In this document: piece by piece, positions 8,407-16,286 of the stretch
How positions within the stretch are numbered: the first letter of the stretch is position 1
Layout: every line of letters begins with the position of its first letter
Source of the DNA: a virus
Taxonomy: Duplodnaviria; Caudoviricetes
IMG/VR virus record: IMGVR_UViG_3300025158_000037
Location: 1 to 37,869 of that record
Length of the DNA stretch: 37,869 nt
Strand: one strand, 5' to 3'
Notes under the pieces: generated by a model
What the model was told of the DNA's origin: nothing
Seen by the model: the letters and a program-made list of their open reading frames with translations, nothing else
Database searches by the model: none
Translations under genes and position numbers: made by a program

Positions 8407-10710
8407 GTGAAAGAAGAGATGAACATGTACGTCCAGTCGAGCAACCAGAACCAAAGTTCTGGCGATGATCCTGTTGATGCAAACGAACTGACTTCTGAAA
8501 AGCAGTCTGAATCTCTGACTGATTGGAAGAAAGAACCATCTCTGACTGAGCTTCTCTCTGATCTGGAGTTTGCTCGTACTGAGACTGATGATCAAAAATC
8601 CAATGTCCAAGGATGGTTGGATCTTCGAAATGCTACGGGTGCTGAAGCCCCGAAGAAAGCCAAACCCGGTCGATCAGCGGTTCAGCCAAAGCTCATTCGC
8701 AAACACAACGAGTGGCGATATCCAGCTTTGACTGAACCGTTCGTGAACACGGATCGGATGTTTGAGGTTCTTCCTCGTACTGAGGAAGATGGCCCCAAAG
8801 CCAAACAGAACCAGATTCTACTGAATTGGCAGTTCGATACCAAAATCAACAAGGTCGATTTTATTGATCGCTACGTCCGCACTGCTGTGGACGAAGGTTC
8901 TGTTGTGGTTCGTGTCGGTTGGGAGCGGGAATACATGACCCGCGAAGTTGAAGTTCCCAACTACGACTATTTCCCGGTCATGGATGATCAGGGAGCACAG
9001 ATGATCATTCAGGCTGCCCAGATGCTTCAGACGGAAGCACCTGAGTACGAATCCTTGCCTGACTCCTTGAAGGCTTCTGCCGAAAAGACTCTTGAGCTTC
9101 AGCAGCCAGTTGAAGCCAAACAGAATGGTACGACCATGACTGTTGAAGAAGTCATGAGCAAGAACTGCCCATCTCTTCGCATCGTGAACGTGGCAAACCT
9201 GTTTGTTGATCCTGCATGTGAAGGCGATTGGGAACGCGCTTCGTACATGATCTACACATATGAAGCCACTAAGTCTGACTTGATGGCCAAAAAAGAACAG
9301 TACAAGAATTTGGACAAAGTGGACTGGGAAGCGAATAAGATTCAGTCCCAGCATGGAAATCCAGATCATGAGTCTCAGACTCCTCATACCGATATGCGTA
9401 CCAATTCGGACAAGCAGCCGGTTCTGGTCTATGAATACTGGGGTCTATTCGACACTCAGGATACTGGTGTAATGGTTCCAATCGTGGTGACTTGGGTTGG
9501 AAACACCATCATTCAGATGCAAGAAAACCCGTTCCCAGACAATCGTCCTCCGTTTGTCTTGGTTCCGTATATGCCAATCCTGAAGTCTGTGTTCGGTGAA
9601 GCAGATGCTTCGCTGCTGCAAGACAATCAGCGTATCATCGGTGCTGTGACCCGTGGTATGATTGACCTTATGGGTCGTTCTGCTAACGCACAGACTGGTT
9701 ATGCCAAAGGCTTCCTCGATCCGATCAACAAGCGTCGGTTCACCAATGGTGAGGATTTCGAGTTCAATCCCAATGGGGATCCTCGTGCCAATATCCAGCA
9801 GATGGTGTATCCGGAGATTCCGAGGAGTGCTCATGAAACGATCATGGCCCAGAACCAAGAAGCTGAAGCTCTCACAGGTGTTAAGAGCTTTTCCGGTGGG
9901 ATTTCAGGTGATGCTTACGGTAGCGTTGCTACCGGTATTCGTGGTGCTCTGGACTCTGCTGCAACTCGTGAAATGAGTATTCTTCGTCGTCTTGCAAAAG
10001 GTATGCAGGACATCGGAAAAAAGATCATCGCTATGAACGCTAAGTTCCTGAGCGAAAAAGAAGTTGTTCGTGTTACTCATGATCAGTTCGTAGAGATTTC
10101 TCGTGAAGAACTGATGGGTAACTTCGATCTGAAAGTGGACATCTCCACTGCATCGGTTGATGAACAACGTGCCAATGATCTTGGTATGGTTCTTCAGACT
10201 GTTGGTCCGGAAATGGATCCCAACATTCGGAACATCATTCTCAGCAAGATCGCAGATCTCAAGCGTATGCCTGATCTGGCAGAAATGCTTCGTACTTATC
10301 AGCCACCTCCTCCTGATGAAATGCAGGTGGCAATGGCTAAAGCTCAGCTTGCTGAAATTCAGGCAAAAGCTGAACTCGATGCTGCACGAGCCGAAGAAGC
10401 AAGAGCCAAAGCTGCTCAGATCTTCCAAGAAGTGGATATGATTGGTAGCGGTGAAAAACATCGTCAGGATATCCAGAAGATGGGTGCTCAGGCACGCGGA
10501 AATCGTGATCTGGAAATCACCAAAGCTCTGACGAAAGGTGAAGCTCCAAGCCAGAACATCGAAGCAGCAGTCGGTTTTAACGAACTGACTAAAGCCAAGA
10601 ACGATAACGATACTGCTCCAAAACTTGGTTCCGGCTTCCGAGATCCCTCTATGGTTCCACCACAATTGGCTGGACAACAGCTTCCGATTGGTCCATTGAG
10701 CACCCAGTAA
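8407..10710 (+). CDS. Portal protein (N4 gp59-like)
   Basis: 767 aa. N4-portal-like motifs LTDWKKEP, GRSAVQPKLIRKHNEWRY, ALTGVKSFSGGISG and a C-terminal helical barrel. GTG start with an AAGGA SD. Confidence 0.93.
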   Translation: MKEEMNMYVQSSNQNQSSGDDPVDANELTSEKQSESLTDWKKEPSLTELLSDLEFARTETDDQKSNVQGWLDLRNATGAEAPKKAKPGRSAVQPKLIRKHNEWRYPALTEPFVNTDRMFEVLPRTEEDGPKAKQNQILLNWQFDTKINKVDFIDRYVRTAVDEGSVVVRVGWEREYMTREVEVPNYDYFPVMDDQGAQMIIQAAQMLQTEAPEYESLPDSLKASAEKTLELQQPVEAKQNGTTMTVEEVMSKNCPSLRIVNVANLFVDPACEGDWERASYMIYTYEATKSDLMAKKEQYKNLDKVDWEANKIQSQHGNPDHESQTPHTDMRTNSDKQPVLVYEYWGLFDTQDTGVMVPIVVTWVGNTIIQMQENPFPDNRPPFVLVPYMPILKSVFGEADASLLQDNQRIIGAVTRGMIDLMGRSANAQTGYAKGFLDPINKRRFTNGEDFEFNPNGDPRANIQQMVYPEIPRSAHETIMAQNQEAEALTGVKSFSGGISGDAYGSVATGIRGALDSAATREMSILRRLAKGMQDIGKKIIAMNAKFLSEKEVVRVTHDQFVEISREELMGNFDLKVDISTASVDEQRANDLGMVLQTVGPEMDPNIRNIILSKIADLKRMPDLAEMLRTYQPPPPDEMQVAMAKAQLAEIQAKAELDAARAEEARAKAAQIFQEVDMIGSGEKHRQDIQKMGAQARGNRDLEITKALTKGEAPSQNIEAAVGFNELTKAKNDNDTAPKLGSGFRDPSMVPPQLAGQQLPIGPLSTQ

Positions 10711-10717
10711 GACTGAA

Positions 10718-10742
10718 GGGGGACTGAATACCTCAGTCCCCC
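10718..10742. terminator. Perfect 10-bp GC-rich hairpin after the portal gene (terminator/attenuator or mRNA stability element)
   Basis: GGGGGACTGA-ATACC-TCAGTCCCCC, with no U-tract on the sense strand. Confidence 0.5.
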
Positions 10743-10764
10743 GGTCCAATACTGGAGAAGAAAC

Positions 10765-11154
10765 ATGGATCTGTACAACGCTTCCATGGGGGAAGAAGAA
10801 CCCCAAGAGATCGAACTCACTCATGAACAATATGTTGAAGCAAAGACCCACTATGAGGGTATCATTGCACGGAGTGAGGCAGCCAAACGTCTGGCAGAGA
10901 ATGAAGATTTCAAATCTCTAATCATCGACGGATACCTCGACGACGAACCCAAACGACTTGCTGATCTGATGGCTTCAGGCCGTCTCACGCAAGGTACTCT
11001 GGATGCTTGCTCTGCGGACATTCGTGCTGTTGGTTCTTTCCGGAACTACATGAAAATGTTCGTTGAACAGGGTGGTATTGCAGAAGCAGAACTTGCTGCT
11101 TTGGAAGAAGCCCGAGAAATCGCACTGAAAGAAGAAGCAGCATTGGCCGGGTAA
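10765..11154 (+). CDS. Conserved N4-like head assembly protein (gp58-like)
   Basis: 129-aa helical protein (RLAENEDFKSLIIDGYL) between the portal and scaffold-like genes. SD GGAG. Confidence 0.75.
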   Translation: MDLYNASMGEEEPQEIELTHEQYVEAKTHYEGIIARSEAAKRLAENEDFKSLIIDGYLDDEPKRLADLMASGRLTQGTLDACSADIRAVGSFRNYMKMFVEQGGIAEAELAALEEAREIALKEEAALAG

Positions 11155-11166
11155 TCCCCGGCTTTT
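11146..11166 (+). terminator. Rho-independent terminator-like hairpin
   Basis: GCCGGG-TAATC-CCCGGC followed by TTTT, spanning the stop codon. Confidence 0.55.
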
Positions 11167-11200
11167 GCCTATCAATTTTGCCCAATGATGGAGAAAGATC

Positions 11201-12559
11201 ATGGCTAAACCGACGACACTCAAAGACTTCGAAAACATGTCCGATGAGGATTTCCTGAAACTGGATGAAGAAGACTTTTCGGGTAACATGCCCGAAGGTG
11301 AAACTGATTTCACCACTCATGCTCCAGTCGAAGAGGAAACTCCGAATGTACAAGTTGAAGAAACTCCTGACACCAATGAAACTGTGGATGGTGACGACGG
11401 CACTGACGGTGCTGAGTCTGGCAATGCCGGGGATAGCTCTGATTCCCAGTCCGATGCCGAGTTCGAAGAAGCGAACAAAGACGGTCCCAAAGCAGACCCG
11501 ATGGCCGGTGAAGGAGAATCAGCATCCAAGGATGATGCAAAAACCAAAGAAGGTGAGCAGCCCGATGCAGACACCGGGAAAGAAGGGAAGACTCCCGATG
11601 CGAAAGCCGAAGATGGAAAGCCTGTAAAGGCTGAAACTCCAGCAAAAGCTGGGTACTACAAACTTCCTGAAGGAATGGATACTGCGGGTGTTGATGCAGC
11701 CGTAGACTTCTACAAGAAGATCACTGTTCCTTTCAAAGCTGATGGAAAGGATTTCTCTGTTCGAAGTCCAGAAGATGCTATTCGACTCATGCAACAAGGC
11801 GTGAACTATTCACGTCGTATGCAAGAGATCAAACCAATGAAAGCAATGAATCGGATGCTTTCTGACAATGGTTTGGCCGATCAGAACAAGCTGAACTTTG
11901 CAATCGACTTGATGAAAGGCAACAAGGATGCAATTGCCAAGTTGCTGAAAAGTCACAATATCGACCCAATGGATCTTGATACCGAGAAAGAAACCGGTTA
12001 TCAGGCCACTAACTACGGTGGAAACGCTCAAGACAATGCGTTCCGCGATGCACTGGACGAAGCAATTGCTATTCCTGAAGGTCAGGCTCTGGTTAGCGAG
12101 ATTCATGCAAAGTGGGATCCAGCGTCCAAAGCTAAATTGAGGGAAGACCCCAGTATTCTGGGCAATCTGACTGAGATGAAACGCTCGGGTGTTTACGACA
12201 AAGTAGTGGCTGAATTGGAATATCAGCAGGCACAGGGCTACCTTCGTGGAGTTCCGTTCCTTGCAGCGTTTGATCAGGTCGGACTGGCCATGAAGAACGC
12301 AGGAGTATTCGAATCGGCCTCACAACCCGCTGCACATGGCACTCCGATGGCTCCTTTGGCTACTCAGCCACAGGACCAACCAACAGGACAGCCAGTAGCG
12401 TCGGGAGCAAGGAAGCCACAGGCACCGAAGAAGCCTGTCGCCAATCCACATCTTTCTTCGACACCTCCTACGAAACAGACTGGAAACCAACCGAACTCCA
12501 TGCCTGATTTCAATAAGATGTCGGATGAGGACTTCTTGAAGATGGCTCCTCCCGAATAA
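11201..12559 (+). CDS. N4 gp57-like protein (probable capsid scaffold; often annotated tape-measure-like)
   Basis: 452 aa with an acidic disordered N-terminus, a conserved core (PFKADGK...IRLMQQGVNYSRRMQ) and a Pro-rich C-terminus ending MSDEDFLKM. Lies immediately before the MCP gene. Confidence 0.8.
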   Translation: MAKPTTLKDFENMSDEDFLKLDEEDFSGNMPEGETDFTTHAPVEEETPNVQVEETPDTNETVDGDDGTDGAESGNAGDSSDSQSDAEFEEANKDGPKADPMAGEGESASKDDAKTKEGEQPDADTGKEGKTPDAKAEDGKPVKAETPAKAGYYKLPEGMDTAGVDAAVDFYKKITVPFKADGKDFSVRSPEDAIRLMQQGVNYSRRMQEIKPMKAMNRMLSDNGLADQNKLNFAIDLMKGNKDAIAKLLKSHNIDPMDLDTEKETGYQATNYGGNAQDNAFRDALDEAIAIPEGQALVSEIHAKWDPASKAKLREDPSILGNLTEMKRSGVYDKVVAELEYQQAQGYLRGVPFLAAFDQVGLAMKNAGVFESASQPAAHGTPMAPLATQPQDQPTGQPVASGARKPQAPKKPVANPHLSSTPPTKQTGNQPNSMPDFNKMSDEDFLKMAPPE

Positions 12560-12598
12560 ACGCAACTGAGTCTCTCACATCTATGAAAGGATATCGCC

Positions 12599-14047
12599 AT
12601 GACTCAGATTTACAACGCTCCGAAGGTCGGGGATTCGGGTTCGCCCCAATCCAGTGTCGGCCCTCAGTTCAACACCCACTACTGGGATCGCAAATCTCTG
12701 ATCGACGCTGCGGAAGAGATGTACTTCTCGCCGCTGGCTGATGTCCGTTCGATGCCGAAACACTACGGCAAGGAACTGAAGGTGTTCTACTACGTCCCGA
12801 TGCTGGACGATCTGAACGTCAACGATCAGGGTATCGACGCCAATGGCGTTGCTCGTGTTCCCGGCACGTTCACTGTCACGTTCCCGATTTCGGGTGTTCG
12901 TGTTGCAAACGTCTCGAAAGCGGCTGCTGTGACTGCGATCAACGACAACGTGAACTCTGCTACGGGTACTGCTCAAGTCGTCGCCATCGCTGGTGCTGAT
13001 GGTTCGGGTGGTACGGGTCTTGCCCTGATCACTCTTACGGACAACGTGATTCACTATGCGAACGAGACCGATGCTGATGCTGCCATTACGGCTGCTGGTG
13101 CTGGTGTCAAGCAAGAGAACGTCGGTGCTCTGTATGGTGGTTCCCGTGATGTGGGTACGATCCTTGGCAAGATGCCGATGCTCACTGAGCAAGGTGGTCG
13201 TGTCAACCGTGTCGGCTTCACTCGTCTGGAACGGAAGGGTGAAATCCAAGAGTACGGCTTCTTCATGGAATGGACTGAAGATTCGCTGATGTTCGATACC
13301 GATTCCGATCTTTACGGCCACCTGAGCCGTGAGATGCTGCGCGGTGCGAACGAGATCAACGAAGATCTGCTTCAGGCTGACCTGCTGGCTGCTGCTGATG
13401 TGAAGGTGTATCCGGGTGTCACAACTGCGATTCACGAAATCTCGGGTGCTCAAGGTGCGGTCGATCTTCTGACTGTTACTGACCTGAAGCGTCTGTCGGT
13501 GACTCTGGATGACAACCGCACGCCCAAGAAGACCACGATCATCAAAGGTAGCCGTATGACGGATACCCGGACGATCTCGGCTTCGCGTATCGCCTACATC
13601 GGCTCCGAACTCCAGATCATGATCTCGGAGTGGGCAGACTTCGTGCCTGTGGAGAAGTACGCCGATGCTGCAAGCATTATGAACGGTGAGATCGGGGCAA
13701 TCCCAACTGCTCATCTCCGTATCGTTGTGGTTCCGCAGATGATGCGTTGGCAGGGTGTTGGTGCTGCTGAAGGCACCAATGGTGGCTACCAAGCGACCGG
13801 TGGTCGTTACGACGTGGCTCCGCTGCTCGTGATCGGTGATCAGGCATTTGCGACCATTGGTCTGCAAGGCATGGGTACTGGTGCGAAGGCGAAGTTCCGG
13901 ATCATCGTGAAGAAGCCGGGTGAGAAAACTGCTGACCGCAGTGATCCTTACGGCAAGATCGGGTTCTCCTCGATCAAGTTCTTCTACGGCTTCATCAAGC
14001 TCCGTGGTGAGCGGATGGCCGTGGCGTACAGCCCGATCCCGGAATAA
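12599..14047 (+). CDS. Major capsid protein (N4 gp56-like)
   Basis: Hallmark motifs MPKHYGK, LDDLNVNDQGIDANG, LTEQGGRVNRVGFTR, DPYGKIGFSSIKFFYG. Strong SD (AAAGGA) and a downstream terminator. Confidence 0.96.
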   Translation: MTQIYNAPKVGDSGSPQSSVGPQFNTHYWDRKSLIDAAEEMYFSPLADVRSMPKHYGKELKVFYYVPMLDDLNVNDQGIDANGVARVPGTFTVTFPISGVRVANVSKAAAVTAINDNVNSATGTAQVVAIAGADGSGGTGLALITLTDNVIHYANETDADAAITAAGAGVKQENVGALYGGSRDVGTILGKMPMLTEQGGRVNRVGFTRLERKGEIQEYGFFMEWTEDSLMFDTDSDLYGHLSREMLRGANEINEDLLQADLLAAADVKVYPGVTTAIHEISGAQGAVDLLTVTDLKRLSVTLDDNRTPKKTTIIKGSRMTDTRTISASRIAYIGSELQIMISEWADFVPVEKYADAASIMNGEIGAIPTAHLRIVVVPQMMRWQGVGAAEGTNGGYQATGGRYDVAPLLVIGDQAFATIGLQGMGTGAKAKFRIIVKKPGEKTADRSDPYGKIGFSSIKFFYGFIKLRGERMAVAYSPIPE

Positions 14048-14069
14048 GTCTATTCCATATGAACTGATT

Positions 14070-14098
14070 GAGGCCCCCTAGTGGGGCCTCTTTCATTT
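14070..14098 (+). terminator. Rho-independent terminator after the MCP gene
   Basis: GAGGCCCC-CTAGT-GGGGCCTC followed by TTTCATTT. Confidence 0.8.
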
Positions 14099-14125
14099 GC
14101 CAAGGTATTTAGTCTGTGTTAAGCG
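14097..14125 (+). promoter_or_regulatory. Possible late promoter re-initiating after the MCP terminator
   Basis: TTGCCA-N17-TAAGCG with TG dinucleotides before the -10 element. The position is sensible but the match is weak. Confidence 0.3.
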
Positions 14126-14160
14126 GACTTCACCATGGTAACTCACAAAGGATGAACCCA

Positions 14161-14889
14161 ATGGATGATATCTCCAACAAAACCAACGAAGAACTCCTTA
14201 CTCTGGTCATGGAGACGGATGACAAAGAAGTTCTGCGGTTTATCGCCAATGAACTGGAAGTGACTTTCTCCGGCAACACAGGGAATTTGACTCTGAAAGA
14301 GAAGATCGTTCCTGTGCTGGAAGCTCGTCTCGAAGCAGAATCCAAGCCAGATGAAGATGACCCCATCATGGCTGCTCTGGCTTCGAAACCTGAAGTCGTT
14401 GAGGCTCAGGCTGCTGCCAAGAAAGAGCGGAAACTTCTGGATCTTCCGAAAACTGCACTGGCAGAAATTGACCCCCATACTGCGGGTCTGTCTGACATCG
14501 AGAAACGTGCTATCGTTCGTGCGAAGGCAATGCGTCTTCATCGTGTGCGTGTTTCGAATCTGGATCCTGCTGACTCTTCGCTGCAAGGTGCAATTGTCAC
14601 GGTCTACAACAAGTTCACGGGCAAGGTGTCGAAGTACATTCCCTTTGGTGAAGAGAATGACTACGGCTGGCATGTGCCTGAGATCCTGATCAATGAACTC
14701 AAGAGTCGGACTTTCAATGTCCGCAAAGAGGTCAAACGTCCGGGTCAGAGCTTTGGTGTGAAAGAATATCGCACTGTTCAACAACGGAAATTCGCCATCG
14801 AATATCTTGAACCTCTGACTGCTGAGGAACTCAAGAATCTGGGCGATGACCAGAAAGCACGCGGAGCAATCGACACGACTGCTGCGTAA
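14161..14889 (+). CDS. N4 gp55-like protein
   Basis: Motifs LHRVRVSNLDP, KYIPFGE...GWHVP and FAIEYLEPLT.EEL..L...Q, in the gp55 position. AAAGGA upstream favours the ATG at 14161. Confidence 0.8.
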   Translation: MDDISNKTNEELLTLVMETDDKEVLRFIANELEVTFSGNTGNLTLKEKIVPVLEARLEAESKPDEDDPIMAALASKPEVVEAQAAAKKERKLLDLPKTALAEIDPHTAGLSDIEKRAIVRAKAMRLHRVRVSNLDPADSSLQGAIVTVYNKFTGKVSKYIPFGEENDYGWHVPEILINELKSRTFNVRKEVKRPGQSFGVKEYRTVQQRKFAIEYLEPLTAEELKNLGDDQKARGAIDTTAA

Positions 14890-14924
14890 GCGTATAGAGG
14901 GTCGTGAACCAAGGAGAATTTGCC

Positions 14925-16277
14925 ATGTCTGATAAATTCGTAAACTCTGACAATTCGTCTACTCTGGCGAATAACCTGTTCACGGCCCTCACTGCTGGTG
15001 TGACGATTCCTCCGTCCCCAGACTTCTCTGATCCGAAGTATGATTTCACTCCGGATGAGACGACTGATCTTTACAAGGACATTGTTGGTGCAACCGTCGC
15101 AGAAGTAACCCTCGGTGAGAATACCATCGGGGGTACTGGTGCATTTGACGTGTTCATGACTGCAATGGACAAGCACCTTGAGCGTGAGTTCAAGGGTAAT
15201 CGAATCACTGGTTCACAGTACGCAGAGGTCTATACCGCTGTGGCGAATCAGGTGATGGGACAAGCTGCTTCCTTCGTTCTCCAGAAAGATCAATCTCGCT
15301 GGAATGCTGTGACTGCTCAGATGCAGGCACGTATCGCTGAGATTCAAGCCACTGAGGCTCTGATCAATCTGGAGCGAACCAAGATTGAAGCTCTGAATGC
15401 CAACTTCCAATTGAACCTGACTGCTGCTCAGTATGCACTGACCAAAATGCAGATCGCTACGGAAGAGGCTTCTCATGATGCAGTCACTGCGGATGTGGCT
15501 GCCAAAGAATACACGGTCAACTATCTGCTGCCTGCTGATCTGGCCATCAAACACTATGAGCGTCAGCAAGTGATGCCAACTGGTGTGGCTGTTCAGAAGG
15601 TTCAGGTGGATCGTATCCTGCCTGCACAGGCTGCAATCGCTGAGTTCCAGAACCGTGTTCTTCAGCCTCTGGAACGCGATATCCAGTTGCTGCAACGTGA
15701 TCGCATTATCCCCACTCAGGCGGATATCGAAGACTTCAAGCGTGACAACATTCTGCCGATTGAACTGGCTCAGGCTCAGCACGTCGTCAATGTTCGTCAG
15801 CCTGCTGAGTCGGAACTCATCTTTGAACAGATCGAGAAAGAGCGTGCAAACACTCTCGATACCCGTCGTGATGGTCTTACTCCGATCTCTGGTGTCATTG
15901 GTTTGCAGAAGCGTAACCTCGACGTGGATGCAGACATCAAGGACTACAACCTGAACAACACCCTTCCGACGCAGCTTACCCTGCTTGGAAAGCAGATCAT
16001 TCTTACCACTGAACAGGGTGAGAAAGAACGTGCTCAGACTCTGGACACTCGTTCGGATGGTGCAACGGTTGAAGGTCAGATCGGAAAGCAGAAGGATCTG
16101 TACGATCAGCAGATCGACAGCTTCATCAAGGATGCTCAACAAAAGGCTGGTAAGCTGTTTCTCGATACGTGGATCACTCGTAAAACTCTGGATGATGCTG
16201 TGCAGCCTGCTATCGAGTTTGAAGTCGATGCGGTGGGTGATGTGCTTGGAGCTATCCGGACGAACAACAACCTGTAA
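14925..16277 (+). CDS. N4 gp54-like virion tail (tube) protein
   Basis: GTGAFDVFM...HLEREF..NRITGSQYA and QTLDTRSDG...GKQKDLY.QQI.SF motifs, with a long helical central region. AAGGAG favours the ATG at 14925. Confidence 0.8.
   Translation: MSDKFVNSDNSSTLANNLFTALTAGVTIPPSPDFSDPKYDFTPDETTDLYKDIVGATVAEVTLGENTIGGTGAFDVFMTAMDKHLEREFKGNRITGSQYAEVYTAVANQVMGQAASFVLQKDQSRWNAVTAQMQARIAEIQATEALINLERTKIEALNANFQLNLTAAQYALTKMQIATEEASHDAVTADVAAKEYTVNYLLPADLAIKHYERQQVMPTGVAVQKVQVDRILPAQAAIAEFQNRVLQPLERDIQLLQRDRIIPTQADIEDFKRDNILPIELAQAQHVVNVRQPAESELIFEQIEKERANTLDTRRDGLTPISGVIGLQKRNLDVDADIKDYNLNNTLPTQLTLLGKQIILTTEQGEKERAQTLDTRSDGATVEGQIGKQKDLYDQQIDSFIKDAQQKAGKLFLDTWITRKTLDDAVQPAIEFEVDAVGDVLGAIRTNNNL
15525..15839 (+). 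repeat. Protein-level tandem repeat: 7 x 15 aa with invariant Pro in the gp54-like protein
   Basis: Pro codons at 15531 and every 45 nt up to 15801: LLP, VMP, ILP, LQP, IIP, ILP, RQP. Confidence 0.85.
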
Positions 16278-16286
16278 GGAGAAGTC

